A stretch of DNA of 64,000 nt, from the NCBI RefSeq assembly GCF_009914755.1, contig NC_060926.1; one strand, given 5' to 3'. Below, one piece after another: positions 28,809 through 44,407 of this stretch (positions are counted from its first letter, which is position 1; each line of letters begins with the position of its first letter). The stretch is from the human T2T-CHM13v2.0 reference genome, Homo sapiens. The notes beneath the pieces were generated by a model. The model searched no databases. It was not told where the DNA came from and worked only from the letters and a program-made list of their open reading frames with translations. Made by a program: the position numbers and the translations under genes.

Positions 28809-31367
28809 TATAAATGCTGGTTATCCAATTACCTATTCAAAATATCCTACATGAATTTTCCATTAAACGTGCATAGAAAAACATTAGTCATTCCTGCTGA
28901 CCTGCTGCTCTTTGCTCTTCTGTATTCACCAGAAAATTTCCTCCTTCGTCCTCACATCCAGGTTAAATACTACTGTACAACCTGGAAACCTGGAAATTAT
29001 CTGACATTTCTCTCTGTCCCCCAAGCCCTTCTCATTCAATTATCACTAAATCATATTGACGATACCGCTCTTCTGCCTCTGCTTTATATTCCCACTGCCA
29101 CTGGGAACACAAACATTTACAAAATGGCTTTTATTTAAAAAAAAGCCTGCCAACTATTAATGTTATTTCTTACATAAAAAAAATTAAGCAAAACAAATGA
29201 AAAAAGCATAACACCAAAAAAACAAAGGCCAACATATTAAAACAAGTAGTTGAGATTCCTAACTTTATGTATTTCACTAAGGACGGGTGAAAACCTTGTA
29301 ATACATTGATGCTACTCCAAGGATGTATGACAAGGAAACTATAGCTGACTACTGCGAAAACTTCCTTTGTCTCCTGGTTTCTTTACATGGTAAAGAACCT
29401 TCCATCAATCCCAGCAAACTATAGGCCACAGGCCAAATCCAATCTGCCTTATGGCTTTGTAAATAAAGTTTTATAGGAGCTCAGTCATGCCTGTTTGCTT
29501 ACATATAATCATGGTGGCTTTCACACTACAACAGCAGACAACAGCAGGGTTAAGTAGATATGACAGAGACCACATAGTCTAAAATATTGCCCACCTGGCC
29601 ATTTACAGAAAAAGCTTGCTAACCCGTTTTACACCATAACCAGAATGCCTTAATACTCAAATTTAATCTTGTGACTCCCCTGCTCAAATTTCTCCAATGA
29701 GCCCCTGCAGCACACATTGTTGGCTCCCTATCAATAGCCATTCCTTATTCTTTCTTGAAGAAGAAATCCAAGTCTATTGGGATATTTATTATCCCAATCC
29801 CCCTCCTCAGCCTCAGAAACAGAAATGTTTATTCTAAGCTAATCAGGTATTTACCTTCCCAGTGCCTGGTTTGGGAATGAGCATGTGGTGTGACCCAGCC
29901 AGTGAAATGTTACAGGAAGCCCTTTGCATGCTTCTAAGTTTTCTCCCTGTTTAAAAGACACATGTGAAGAAAAGCAGCCCTTGCGATGTTGTGTTGTGAG
30001 AACAAGATGTTTGGAGCTGCTGCGGATTAGCCAACCATGAAAGGAGACGTGAATAAAACACTGTCAACAGCACAGCTGAAAGAGGGAAAAGTGGGATCCT
30101 AGGATATCAATGAACAACCAAAACAACTCTGGTTCCTACTGTTTTAGCCACTGTTCATCTAGTATTTGCAGTCCAAAGCATTCTACCCAGTAAATTTCCC
30201 ATGGCACACAGGATAAGACCTACTCATTTCTATAGTATTAAAAAGTCTATCATAAACTTGCCTTAGCTAAGTATTCACCTCATTCCCAACCTCTCGTATC
30301 ACACACTTTTGGTACTAGCAAAAGTGAACTGCTCAGAAACCCTGCCATGTTCACTCAAGCATCTTGTCTTTTGCACTTGCTGCTCTTCCTCCCAAACAGG
30401 CAATCTCATTAGATGTTCCTTCTGGCAAACACACGACCTCGCTGCATGTTCCTTCTGCCAAACATTCTTCTTCTGCTTCTTTACCTAGAAAAATTCTTCT
30501 CTCTCTGCATGCTTACCTTAAATCATACCTACTTTTTCCCAAAACTTTCATTCCTCATCACATATGTCTGGCACATAATCAATATATAATAAATCATAAT
30601 TATAAGCTTCCAGTGGGCATCTAGCACACAGTAAGCACTGAATAAAGTAGTAAAATAATGAAAATGACAATGATAACAAAAAGCTCCTGTCTGTATTTTT
30701 AATTGTTTGTGGTCTATAGCATTAGAAAAATGGTTACTATCTAAAAGACATTTGATAGTTATATGTTAAGTGGACAAGTGAAAACATAAATAGAAATGTT
30801 TTCTTTGTAAATTCTGTTGAAAAAGCACAGAAATGAAATGGAGACAGCTCTATTATGAGCACCTTAAAGATCAAAACTACATCTATTCCATCTTTGTCTC
30901 CTGCAACTTATAAAACCTAACTTACAAAAGCTCTTTGATAAATAGATGACTAAATTAAAGGTGTCCTCATACAGTTTGGACAATATAATGTATTAGGTGT
31001 CCACAACCAGGTAGCATACTAACATTTTTGTTAGTGTGAAACGTTTTTCTGCTTTTATTATAATCTGCTGAGCCTAGAGTTGGGCAATTTGTATATTTAT
31101 TATGACAATCTTTTGGCAAATGGTAGCAGAGCATCTTGTTCTAACAAAATTACTGTTATGATGACAATTAACCAGCAGGTAGAAGAACACATCTTGTTCC
31201 AACAAAGTAAATATATCTCTTTCCAACTTCAAATGAGGAGGAATGAAGTCAGTAATAGTGAGAACTTATTGGGACAAGCATATGTAACATGACTTGTGCT
31301 TCAGTGTTCTTTTGTGATCAAAAATTCCTTACTTTTACTTTTTTATCTATGGTAGGACCACGCAGAG

Positions 31368-31894
31368 CAGGGGTCCTCAACTCCCAGGCCACAGACTCAT
31401 ACCAGTCCATGGACTATTATGAACCACACCACACAGGAGGAGGTGAGCAGCAGGCAAGCCAGGGAAGCTTCATCTGTATTTACAGCCACTCCTTATGGCT
31501 CATATTACAGCCTCTACTCTGCCTCCAGTCAGATCAGTGATAGCATTAGATACTCATTGGAGCATGAACCCTGTTGTGAACTGCCCATCTGAGGGATCTA
31601 GGTTGTGTGCTTCGTATGAGAATCTAATGCCTGATGATCTGTCACTGTCTCACTTTGCCCCCAGATGAGACCATCCAGTTGCAGAAAAATAAGTTCAGAG
31701 CTTCCACGGATTCTACATTATGGTAAGTTGTATAATTATTTCATTATATATTACAATGTGATAATAATATAAAGTAGCACAATAAATGTAACATGATTGA
31801 ATAATCCTGAAACCATCCCCACCCTCCCCCAGCCCATGGAAAAATTGTCTTCCACAAAACCGGTCCCTGGTGTCAAAAAGATTGGGGACAACTG
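31368..31894 (+). mobile_element. MER1A, duplicate copy
   Basis: 527 bp, caggggtcctcaac...ttggggacaactg. Confidence 0.85.
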
Positions 31895-31924
31895 ACTAAA
31901 GTAATTCACTATCACAAGTCTTAC

Positions 31925-31995
31925 CTGGATTGCTGTTTTCAGAAGAGATTTTTAGCATCTGTTTTTCTTTGTAGTCAGAAAGTAACTGGCAAATT
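31925..31995 (-). CDS. POTEF: POTE coding exon 6 ([23 protein letters not shown]), module copy A
   Basis: tag|A acceptor, G|gtaaga donor, 71 nt. Confidence 0.92.
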
Positions 31996-33120
31996 CTATG
32001 TATAAAAATGTAATAAACCAAATTACTATTTTAATACTGATATAAAAAAACTTACCAAATGTAGAATTATTAAGAGTATTTCAAACAATATCAGAATAAC
32101 AGAACTTAATAGTATTATCCCACCCACTTGTGAGTACATTCTACAAACTTCTCTTTAAGCTTCTAATTAAAGAAGAAAAAAATGTAAGGTGAAATAGTCA
32201 TAAATCGAGGGCACTGTGACCCAGTAAATTAGCTAGCATTAGCATGACATAATAGAAAGTGTCCCAACTCTGCATAAGTCCTAGCTCCATAATGAACAGC
32301 TATTTGTTCTTGGACAACTTGCTTCTCTTAGGCTCAATGTCTTCTTCAACAAAGTGAGGACTTTGCTGCCTTATTTCACTAGGTTGTTATAAAGATTTAA
32401 CGAGATAACATTTTTTAAATGCTCAGAGAAATAGTAAAGCAATGGAATAATCTGTTCCTAAACTTTATGACTAAAATTATCTTGGAATCCCAAATAAAAC
32501 CCAATGCGTATTTTGTTCATAGGTTCTAATATGCAAATGTTGTAGTTTTCAGAAAATGTTATTAAGTCCTAATTTTGCTTCTTAGTTGTCCTACTCTTTA
32601 TGGCTTATAATTCAGGGCATCTCAACTATGTCATAGTTTATAACTAAATTTATTCATAAATATCTCATTAAAGTAGATAATGTGATTGTCCACTATTACG
32701 GAGTTGATCAATCACACCAAGGGCAGAAAAACCAATGGATGTTAAGACCTGACTTGGACCAACGATCCTTCTCTACCGACTCAAACTCTCAGCCAGTAGA
32801 TGTCTGTTAGGATAATGCTTTATATTGATGTTCAATTCCAGCTGACATGGGAGACCAAAAGTCTACTTTCATTTTTTTTTTAGTTTCCACGGAGAAGTAG
32901 CAAGCTGACATTCTGTAATTTTCGACATACATACTAACAATATATTTTGCACCGAACATGTTATTCAGCTCAAAGTCATCTCATAGACCATCTTACATGA
33001 CTATTTTTGCAGCACAAATCACAATTTCAATATTTGGGTGGCACCCATTTTGCTTTGATTCACACTATTTCCTCAGAGCTAGTCAGCAAAAATAGTCAAA
33101 TGACCTTCCAGTGACTGCAC

Positions 33121-33226
33121 AAAATATGGAATGCTTCAAAGATCTGTGCTGCCTCCTTATGCAGAAGCCACGCTAACTTTCCCCGTATTGTTCCAATTTT
33201 AGGATATGTGCCGCCGAAGCAAGCAC
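33121..33226 (-). pseudogene. U6 snRNA pseudogene, full length, diverged
   Basis: Reverse complement reads GTGCTTGCTTCGGCGGCACATATCCTAAAATTGGAACAATAC...GAAGCATTCCATATTTT, matching U6 end to end with substitutions. Confidence 0.92.
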
Positions 33227-34457
33227 AAAGCCCTACTTTTACACATGATTAGTGATGCGTCATGGACAAGGCTTGGCTCTGTGAAGTCCAACTAACCTAC
33301 TTGAGATTCTGAGAATTCTCTTCAATGGCTTCCTGTGAGCTAGAGTTTGAAAATATCTTAAAATCTTGAGCTAGAGATGGAAGTAGCTCCGACAATTTTC
33401 ATTATCATGTAAATCAGATCACTCAAGGGGCCAACCACAGCTGGGAGCCACTGCTCAGGGCAAGGTTCATACGGGACTTTCTACTGCCCAAGGTTCTATA
33501 CAGGATATAAAGGTGCCTCACAGTACAGATCTGGTAGCAAAGAGGAAACAAACACTGACCTCCTTCTGCCACATTATTTGAACCCCTCTCACCCTTTAGA
33601 ACAAGCCCACCTAACATCTGCCAGAGAAAAGACCAACAACAGCCTCAAAGGATCTCTTACCATGAAGGTCTCAGCTAATTCCTGGCTAAGATGTGGGTTC
33701 CACATTAGGTTCTGAATATGCGGGGAAGGGTCAATTTGGTCACTTTGTGTGCGGATAAAGTCAGGATGCCCAGCGGCCAGAGCAGGGGGCTGGTGCTCTG
33801 GGAACAATGGCTGAGCATATAAGCATAGGTATGGGAATTAAAAAACATCAAAGTCACTGTATGAATCGCCATGAAGACTTGAGGGATCTGAATCTACTGA
33901 TTCATCTTAAGGCAGCAGGACCAGTTTGAGTGGCCACAAAGCAGCAACAGAATCAACGGAAACAACAGAATGATTGCAATGTCTTTTTTCCTCCTCCTTC
34001 TGACTTGATAAAAGGGACTGTCTTCCTTGGATTTAGTGAACTCCTTCGGTTCTTGAAAAATTCAAGGAGTATGTAGGACATAGTCCCCAGAAGACAGTAC
34101 AAGACTTTCCGCTAAACTGGACATTTCAAGACCCAAATAACTAATCAGAAAAATTAAAGATGTGACACTATTTTTTATCCCTGCATAGGTGTTACACTTG
34201 GATCAAATGAACAATGCTGGGATCTCTAAGGATAAAGATCTTAAAAGTCCTGAGATAAAGAATCCCGCACCCATTGGTACTTCTAACTTGTCTTGCTTTT
34301 TGTCTGATTTCTGGCTGATGCAGGGGACTAAAACTCACTGCCACGCGAAAACTACCTGAACCAAACTATGACATCTCACCTGATATGTGAGATGCAACTG
34401 TTATAATTATTTTAAACCTCAATTCAGCATTAACTAGCCTTTTAATGTAAACACTTA

Positions 34458-34628
<171 letters not shown>

Positions 34629-35910
34629 TTATTTTTAAAGCTAATTTGATATACTTTACCAATGTAACATCTTGCCTGTCTGTGCAGAATCAAACATTTA
34701 CATGCACTAAAAGACATAAGCATCCTGAGTGCTCAAGTGTTCATCTTTGTAAAATGCCACCAAGGTTAAAAGGAAGGGACCAAAAAAAACCCTCTTATCT
34801 CAGTGGGGTATTGCATAGCAGAAGCTACTAATTTAAAGTCCTTTGATGGGCAAGAAACAATGTTAGGGCCACTTATCTGAGGTGGACAAAGATTTAAGTG
34901 AAGATTTTGTCACAGCTTCCCTAGACTGACATGCTGTAATAGAAAATCAGCTAGGGGGTAAGAGAAATAAGAGCTCTCTGCATGCTCAAAGCAGTAATAA
35001 TAATGGTAAGAATAGTAGTCATAGGAGTTTCAGTTAATGGTGCCAATAACCATGTGCTAGGCACTGAATTAAATGCCACATATATCTTTCTTACTTATGC
35101 ACAGCCAACTTTGAAGGATATATTCTCCTACTTTTCATATATGACAACATATTTGGTGGTAAATAACGTCCCCAAGGTCACACACCTAGCAAGTAAGAAA
35201 GTTACTAATTAAACCCAGTCTTGTGTGAATCCAAAGCCTAGCTCTTTTCTCTTTATCACCCACGTACGGCTTGTCTTCATTAAAGGAAAAGTGTATCCAC
35301 TTAAAACTATCTTCACTCCCTCTCTCCATACCAATTAAAAATAAAAACATCAAAATACACTGGAAAAACAAAAGGAAAAAAGCTGTTGAACCCACAGTAT
35401 GTGGGAACAGCAATTAATTGTTATGTAGGGATAAGCTAACACTAATATTCTTCAAAGAAAGCAACTTAAAGCAAAGTCATTAAAAAGACAAAAGGATTTT
35501 CAACCCCTATTTATGTTTAATACAGCATATTTAATGGAAAAGCATGTAAGACACAGGTTAAAAACTATTAGAAAGGGTTAAGAAGTTCAATACTGAGTCA
35601 TAAAGTAAACTAAAAGTTAAAGTTCAAACTTCATAAAATTAATATGAAATCCTTTAAGCTAACATAAGATCATGTAACCAAAAATGTCACATAACAAATA
35701 ACATCAGTCAATATAATAAGAGAAGATGAATCCTACTAAAACTGTTCTTTATGTTGCCCAGCCCAAATAATTGTTTTTCTACCTAACTGATTTGTGTTGA
35801 TACTGATCACTACATCCCAGTAAGTATACATTAATCTTATTAATTTAATATTTATGACTTGAGTGACTGCTGTCCATCTACAACACACAGATTAAAAGAA
35901 AGAACTATAC

Positions 35911-36017
35911 CTTCCATATCTATCCAGTGCATTTAAATTCGCTTTTTTCTTGATTAAAAATTTCACGACTTGCTGTTTTTGCTCATGTACACCAAGTAAC
36001 AGTGGTGTGAGGCCATG
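35911..36017 (-). CDS. POTEF: POTE coding exon 4 (HGLTPLLLG...NALDRYGR)
   Basis: cag|CAT acceptor, AG|gtatag donor, 107 nt. Confidence 0.93.
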
Positions 36018-37015
36018 CTGTAAAACAATATAAAGCAAAAACCTATGTAATTCAAAAAAGTACATATTCCTCAACCAAAGTGGAAACTTTATATAAGATC
36101 TTATGGACTTACACGCATAGAAGTAAATAAAATGTAGTCACTTCCTTCTCACTCTTCTGTGCTTTCCCACACGCTGCTCCTTTCCTTGGAAACACCCCTT
36201 CTCTGCCTCACCACAGTAACTCTAATCATCTCAAAAACTCACTTTAAACATTTACTGCTTCCAAGGCTCTTTGCTTCTAAACCAGCATTTGGCATGGTGT
36301 TATTGGATGATAATATTTTTCCCATCTAAACAAAAAGCTTCTTGAGGGCAGGGGCTGTATCTTTTGTCTCTATATCCTCAACCCTAAGACAAATTGTGTA
36401 TAAAGCAAGAATCTGCATGTAAAATATTTCTTTAGTTTCATGTTTTACCAAAAGTTCAACCTCCAACATGCAACAAAAATTGCTATTAAAACTCATACTG
36501 CCCATTTGAAAAAATTTTCCAACATTTATTTATTTAAAATCTATTTGTATTTAATTTTCCCAGATTGTTAACTAAACCATCAGTTCATAGGACTACTGAA
36601 ACTAAATTAACAGAATTCCTATCTGTATTCTTAATAACTCCATGGTTTTTAGTGTTTAAAACTGCCATGCTGATTATGCCAAAGCTCTACATACTTAAGA
36701 GACACACTGGATAGTCCATAATACAGCGTCAATTGACAAAAAATGGTTTAGAATTTGCTACTATTCTAATTGAGAAAACTCTGCTCTTAACGACTTACTG
36801 ACCTAAGTACTTGAATGACTGAACAAAGAGACACAAAATCCTGAGAGGGCCATCCTCTACTTATTGAAAGACTACTCACAGCAAATTTCTAAAGACCTTC
36901 TGAACGGCAGTGAATAACTGATGGTAGGAAGGAAAAGGTATTATTCTGTAAGCTGATACATACTACCAATAATATTCATTTTAATGTCTCAGTCACAGAG
37001 ATAAAAGTCAGACTA

Positions 37016-37272
37016 GGTCAGGAATGGTGGCTCACACCTGTAATCCTAGCATTTGGGGAGGCTGAGGTGGGTGAATCGCTTGAGCCCAGGAGTTCAAGAC
37101 CAGCCTGAGAAACATGGCAAAAACCTCATCTCTACTGAAAAAAAAAAAAAAAAAACTGAGGTTGGAGGACCATCTGAGCTTGGAGAGGTCGAGGCTGCAG
37201 TGAGCTGTGATCACACCACTGCATTCCAGCCTGGGAAACAGAGTGAGACCCCATCTCAAAAAAAAAAAAAAA
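37016..37272 (+). mobile_element. Alu (AluJ-like, internally deleted)
   Basis: gcttgagcccaggagttcaag, A-tail, TSD aaaagtcaga. Confidence 0.85.
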
Positions 37273-37429
37273 GTCAGATTAATGTTATTGGAAAGATTTA
37301 AAGAAATCAGCACATATCCAACCCCAACTCTTCTAGAGATACCTTAAGTTTCTGAGACATAAGAATTTACATATTACATTTATGTATTGAGTGGTTCTTA
37401 AGCAGGAGTGTATCCAGATTTTGAGAAAA

Positions 37430-37572
37430 TTGTTGTTGTTGTCGTTGTTGTTGTTAGAGACAGGGTCTCATTATGTTGACCAGGCTAGACTCGAACTCCT
37501 GAGCTCAAGCAATCCTCCCACCTCAGCCTCCCTAGCAGCTGGGACTACAGCCATGTACCACCATGCCTGGCT
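37430..37572 (-). mobile_element. Alu monomer (FLAM-like) with (TTG)n tail
   Basis: agagacagggtctc...ctcaagcaatcctcccacctcagcctcc. Confidence 0.8.
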
Positions 37573-38785
37573 TCAAGGAAACATTTTCAAATATACATAT
37601 CCAGGCTTTATTAGACTTACTGTATCAAAATATTCAGAAAAAGCCTAGACTTGTTATTTAAACATTTTCCTCAGGTTACTGGGATGCACAATTCTAGCTG
37701 AAAGCTAGTGCAACAGACAATTACTTCAGTCTCATTTCTCACCCACATGACCAATTCCCTTTCTCATTTGAAGATTTGGCCAAAAAGAGTAAGGAGTAGG
37801 AGAGAGACCCATTTGCTGAAAACACCACATGATTTTCCCCGGTAAGAGAAGAACAGGGTCTAGTCAACTCAAAATCCAACTTGATCTTGTTACTTGTTTA
37901 TCTTCCACCTTCCCATCCAGACACTCTAGATTTGAAAGCAGAGCTGAGACTCTCATTGGCCATTTCTACCAGAATAGGATACTAAGTCAGTTAATTACTT
38001 GATATTCCCTCTGCTCAAGGGTTTCCTCTTACATTACCACCTATTCACTGCCAATCTGGTTCCTCAGAGGCCTCCTAAAATTGATCTCTAGGTAGTTTAC
38101 AACCCACTAACTCCCTCTCCCAAACTGAAAACTGTCATTCTCTAAAATTGAAGAGAACCTTGTCTCACCATGCAAAGGAAACAAATCAGTCAACAACAAC
38201 AACAACACACACACACACAACCTCTTCATGGTCTTTTCCCTCCATTATCTAATTTCCAAATTGGCCTTGATATTTCTGATTGCTCTCTTTTTTGCTTTCC
38301 ACTTCTGGCTCATGAGCAATCAGAAATATCTTAAGCCTTGCCAGTGAGAGGCGCATCACCTCGTATCTATTACTGTTTTTTAGGAACTTGCCAAAGGAGC
38401 AGGATCTCTATTCACTGAAACATGTTTAACTTTTCTTGGAGTTTTCATGTAAAACCTATTTCAGGGCAAATTTTGCCATTTTACATTCAATAGGGAAAAA
38501 ACATCCTAGGAGGGAAAAATTGAAAAATAGTAAGTATTATCTTTTACAAATTCAGTGTTTTCAAAAAAAGTATTTACCACAAGTGCATTAAAAAAAAAAA
38601 CTGTACCCTCTAATGCTTCTTTGAAAGTAACAATATTTAAAATGAAGTCTTAGATAATTAGGTCATTTCAAAATATTTCCATTCAGGTTATGCTTGAGCT
38701 TCCAAATATGGAAGACTGGCCCTTACACAGGTCAATGTTAAAATGAATGCATTTCAGTATTTTGAAGATAAAATTGGTAGATCTA

Positions 38786-38965
<180 letters not shown>

Positions 38966-39121
38966 TCAGTATTAGACCAAAAACAAATTACATATCTTAG
39001 GAATTCAAAATAACATTCCACAGCTTTCACCAACTAGTTATATTTAAAGGAGAAAACTCATTTTTATGCCATGTATTGAAATCAAACCCACCTCATGCTG
39101 ATATAGTTGGCTACTGCATAC

Positions 39122-39236
39122 CTTTATCAGAGCTGTCCTCTTTTTGTTGTCAAGGACATTAAGTTGACATCGTCTGTCCAGCAGGAGTTTTACTACTTCT
39201 GAATTCCCATTGGCAGAGGCCAGATGTAGAGCAGTC
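39122..39236 (-). CDS. POTEF: POTE coding exon 2 ([15 protein letters not shown]...RTALIK)
   Basis: tag|G acceptor, AAG|gtatgc donor, 115 nt; ankyrin repeat, phase-consistent. Confidence 0.93.
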
Positions 39237-40247
39237 CTATGAGAGTGAGAAGACTTTTTAGGAAATTGTAGTGCACTAGCTACAGCCATAGCAATGATTC
39301 ATGTAACTGCAAACACTGAATAGCCTGCTATTACTCTGCCTTCAAAACAAACATTTAACTTTCCCATGAAAAAAGCACACTATTTATTATCTCTCATTGC
39401 TCGCTGTATTAATGAAAGGGCAGCCTATATGAATATAAAGAGCATAGCCCTTGGATGACATTCAACGTGGGCTGGAATCCTACTTGAAGCTCTGTCACTT
39501 CCTGGCTGTTGCTTAGCCTTTTGGGGTCTCAGTTTCCTCATCAATAAAATAGGAATGAAAATAGTAGCTTTCTCACAGGAAACCACTCTAATGCTTAAAT
39601 GAGACTCTGCACAAAAGATATAGAATAGTTCCTAACACAAATAACAGCTCAATAATTGTTAGATATTTTAATTTTTACTAATACCACTAAAGACAACATT
39701 TGAATTGAGATGATACAATTATACCTACACTTTCAGGTGTGTTTTAAATATTACAGCTAACATTGTATTTTAGTGATTCTGAGATGATCATTGTCTCCAT
39801 GTTGTCTCCACTGAAATACCACTTACAATTCATGATTTACTATAATTGGCGGCATTTAAATAATTCTCTTATTGAGGCATAAAATAATGGGGCATCACAC
39901 AATCCCTGGTGTCTTACATGAAGTAGAATATGTTATAACAGGTCCGGGGCGGTTCCAGTCAGATGACCAGCATTTAGATAAATTTTGGTTCTTAAAAGAA
40001 CTATGGAATAAGAAAGCTGAGGTGAAAACAAAAACAAATTTCTAAAATAAACCAATTCTTACTTTGGTTTTCAATAAACTTTAAGCCAAAGAAAACCTGG
40101 AATTCAAATGAATAGCATGGGCTCATTTTTGTCAATACTTAGATTTATACAATGTATGTACATCAGATATTTCCAATCATTCATATTAGGATTTAAGACT
40201 GTTATAAATTTTCTCCTTTTAAAACGGATTTATGAAACGATTTGTGG

Positions 40248-40645
40248 AGCTTTTTTCAACTGTTACATTCAGGGGTACACGTGCCAGATGTGCAGGTTTG
40301 TTACACAGGTAAACACGTGCACCAAGGGGGTTGGTTGTACAGATTATTTCATTACTCAGGTGTTAAGCCCAGTACCCGTTCATTCTATTTCCTGCTTCCT
40401 TCCCTCCTCCCACCCTTCACCCTGTAATAGGCCCCAGTGTGTGTTGCTTCCCTCTAGGTATCTGTGTGTTCTCACCATTTAGCTCCCACCTATAAGTAAG
40501 AACATGCAGTATTTGGTTTTCTCTTCCTTTGTTAGTTTGCTAAGGATAATGGCTTTCAACACCATCCATGTCCCTGCAAAGGACATGCTCTCGTTCCTTC
40601 TTTTATGGCTGCATAGTATTCCATGCTGTTTATGTACCACATTTT
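40248..40645 (-). mobile_element. Old L1PA-type 3' fragment
   Basis: ggggtacacgtgccagatgtgcaggtttgttac...ttttatggctgcatagtattccat. Confidence 0.8.
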
Positions 40646-41787
40646 AGTTCTTAAAACAACTAAAACAGTCTTTCTCCAAGACTTATAAATTTTCAAAAGG
40701 GCAGTTAAGGGTTGTCTTTTACTATTTTCTACCTTCAGAAATGCTTCTGTTTGAAAGGAGGGAGGAAAAGCTTCAATTGAGATTAAGTCCTAATGCACCA
40801 ATTTTAAATCTCTCAGCTTGCTCAAGCCCAGCAGATAAACATGAAGTTTTCAAAGGTGGAAGGATCCTGAGAGACAGTAGAATATGCCTGCCACATAATA
40901 GGTGTCTGGCTTATGTCTGATGACTAAATGGATTGAAAGAATGGATGAACACAGCTTGGGAGTTCAATATTTTCAAAGAAAACTCCTGTCGAGTAATGCA
41001 ATACATTTGCAATAGTAATAATCACTTATATTTGCTATTTTAATTTTCATAAACATATAACTCAACTAAAATGATTAATTCATACTTTTTACATGTTAAT
41101 CTATATCTAATGAAAAGATAATTATGTAATAAAATGTATATACAATAAAATCTACAGGAACAGGTAAACACAATCCCTCTACTTCTGAAGAGGGTAAAAG
41201 TTCACGGAAGATAGCCAACCACAGATAGAAAAATAAATAATAGAATGTGACAAATTATTTGCATCTATGCAAGAAGCATATTCCTTCTCTTCCCAAGGAT
41301 TATTGCATTACTAATGAACTTTAACTAAAACTTCAGATGTTCATTGCAGAAATCACAGATAAGAGAAAGGGAAAAACTTCACTTACAAATCCCCAGAAAC
41401 AAGTTTGATTATATTTTCTACATGTTTTCAGCTAACACGAGCAGATTCTGTTCGTGTATATGTGTAACCGATTTTTTTTCTCACTTGTTATAGCAAAGTA
41501 CATCTTTGCATGTCGACATATCTCTGTATCTACTGACAACCTCAATAGTTACATATTAGTCCATCCTATGGATGCACTGAAATTTGTCCATGAAATCTTT
41601 ATATGGGTTCTTCTAAATACACTGCTATTTTAATCAATACTAAGAAAAACAGACCTCTATTTGGTAAAGATATTTCAGTATAATGGAATTGATGAGTAAA
41701 AAGCATAACATTTTAAAAATGTGGTTCTTACCACTAAAGTGTTTGTTTGAAAAGCTGTAGCAATTTAAACTTTAAATGACTACGTAA

Positions 41788-42136
<349 letters not shown>

Positions 42137-42311
42137 TTTCATTCCTCTTCTAACTTAAATAGAAAACAGTATTTCATTCCTCTTCTAACTTACATTCCTT
42201 CTTCTACCAGGAACGCTATCTTTTCCTATGTGCATAGGTCACTGGTAGATATGCAAAAAAAGTACTTTGCCCAATTTTAAAATGAGCTTATTTTATTATG
42301 TCTGCAAATAT

Positions 42312-42594
42312 GGCCAGGCACAGTGGCTCACGCCTGTAAGCACTTGGGGAGGCCAAGGTGGGTGGATCACGAGGGCAGGAGTTCAAGACCTGCCTGGCCA
42401 AGATGGTGAAACCCCATCTCTACTAAAAATACAAAGCAATTAGCCAGGCGTGGTGGCAGGCGCCTGTAATCCCAGCTACTCAGTAGGCTGAAGCAGAGAA
42501 TTGCTTGAACCTAGGAGGCAGAGGTTGCAGTGAGCCGAGATCGCACTACTGCACTCCAGCCGGGGCAGCAGAGTCAGACTCCATCCAAAAAAAA
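42312..42594 (+). mobile_element. Alu (AluS-like)
   Basis: Dimeric Alu. Confidence 0.9.
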
Positions 42595-43026
42595 GTATAT
42601 ATATAAATATATATCTGCATATATAAATAGGCATTTGTATGTTTCTCTTCTGGTATGTTTCTCTTTTTTTATATTTAAATTTTTTAATCTATACTCTTAT
42701 TTTTGTGACATAAAAATCTAGCTAGTTTTCTCCAAACATGAATTATGAACAATCCATCTTTTTCAAATAATAAAAAACACCACCATTATCAAGCGCTAAA
42801 TTCTTAACATATATTTGGGTATTTCTAAATTTCCTATTCTGTTGTATTCATTGATGTCTTTTCAGCTGTTAGTAAACAATTTGTGGAAATAAATAACATG
42901 CACATTTTGATATCTGGAAAAACAGCCTTTTTCCATTCTGTTACAAAAAATTAATTTATCACAATAATAAAAGACAGCATGTGTAATTTAAAAACGCTAA
43001 AACTTTGCTATTTTTATTTGGCTTAG

Positions 43027-43351
<325 letters not shown>

Positions 43352-43886
43352 AAAAAGCTCACATCTTAAGAAAATTCAATCTTCCTGTTCAAGCACAGGA
43401 ACCATCTTCCCATTTCAGTTTCCTTCTAAGGTTCCTCAGTAAAGAACATATTTACATACTGTACATTGATATAAAATCCATACTGGATTTTATTTGAAGA
43501 ATATTTAGCCCTGAAGTTGATGTGTTATGGGGCTTCGTTCTTAGTTCTCAATATACACTTTTCTATAATGTATAGAACATTGTTTTAAAATCTGTAGATT
43601 AAAAATAATCTGCTGCATTGACTTAATTAATTTTGCAAGTTAAATCACTTTAAAACAGTCTATTAGTGTTCTATGAGGGAAATTATGATTGGAAATCAGC
43701 TAAAGTTTTGTTTTTGTGTTGCTGTTCATAAAGGGCCCTGTACCCTGACCTCTCTGAGGTTTCCACATCCAGGGTGGTGTGAGGCCTGCGGAGGCGAGAA
43801 AGCCAGGTCCCCCTCCTCCCCCGCCAGGAGGGTATGTCCCCATCATCCCCCCACGTCCCACCTCCTCCCAGCCCAGGCCTGGTTAC

Positions 43887-44407
43887 CTCTTTTGCTTGTC
43901 CTTCTTGTTCACGTCAGTGTCCCTGAGCATGACGATGAGATCCTTTCTGGGGACTTTACCCCACCAGGCAGCTCTGTGGAGCTTGTCCAGATCTTCTCCA
44001 CGGACGTGGTACCTGGGCTCCATGAAGGCACTGTCATCGTAGTCTCCCCAAGCGCCCACCTTGCTCTTGCCGCTCCCCCTGCAGCAGGGGAAGCAGTGGC
44101 AGCACCACTTGCCCATCTTGTTCCTGAGTGTCTTCATAGCAGAGTCGTCGTGGTCTCCAGAAGCGCCCACGTTGCTCTTGCCACTCCCCCTGCAGCAGGG
44201 GAAGCAGTGGCGGCACCACTTGCCCATCTTGCTCCTGAGTGTCTTCATAGCAGAGTCGTCGTGGTCTCCAGAAGTGCCCACGTTGCTCTTGCCGCTCTCC
44301 CTGCAGCAGGGGAAGCAACGGCAGCACCACTTGCCCATCTTGCTCCTGAGACCAAATGGCTTCTTCACAGAAGAGGCAGCCGGCATGGAATCAACCTCAA
44401 CCACCAT
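43887..44407 (-). CDS. POTEF: POTE coding exon 1: three 37-aa Cys-rich repeats plus start of ankyrin region
   Basis: ORF 43883..44407; donor AG|gtaacc at 43886. An upstream acceptor (tgacttttctcttcaaacag) places the exon start at 44500. 521 coding nt. Confidence 0.95.

Noticed and set aside
33121-33300. Possibility that the U6 copy is a functional snRNA gene
   Set aside because: Many substitutions, including around the ACAGAGA box, and no recognisable upstream PSE/TATA.
33700-34060. Minus-strand frame with a basic then hydrophobic stretch (RRRRKKDIAIILLFPLILLLL) and one internal stop
   Set aside because: No homolog recognised and no clear start or splice signals; it would need blastx before being called a pseudogene or alternative exon.
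44034-44366. Regularly spaced repeats resembling an array
   Set aside because: These are the known 37-aa Cys-rich coding repeats of POTE; there are no unique spacers and it is not CRISPR-like.
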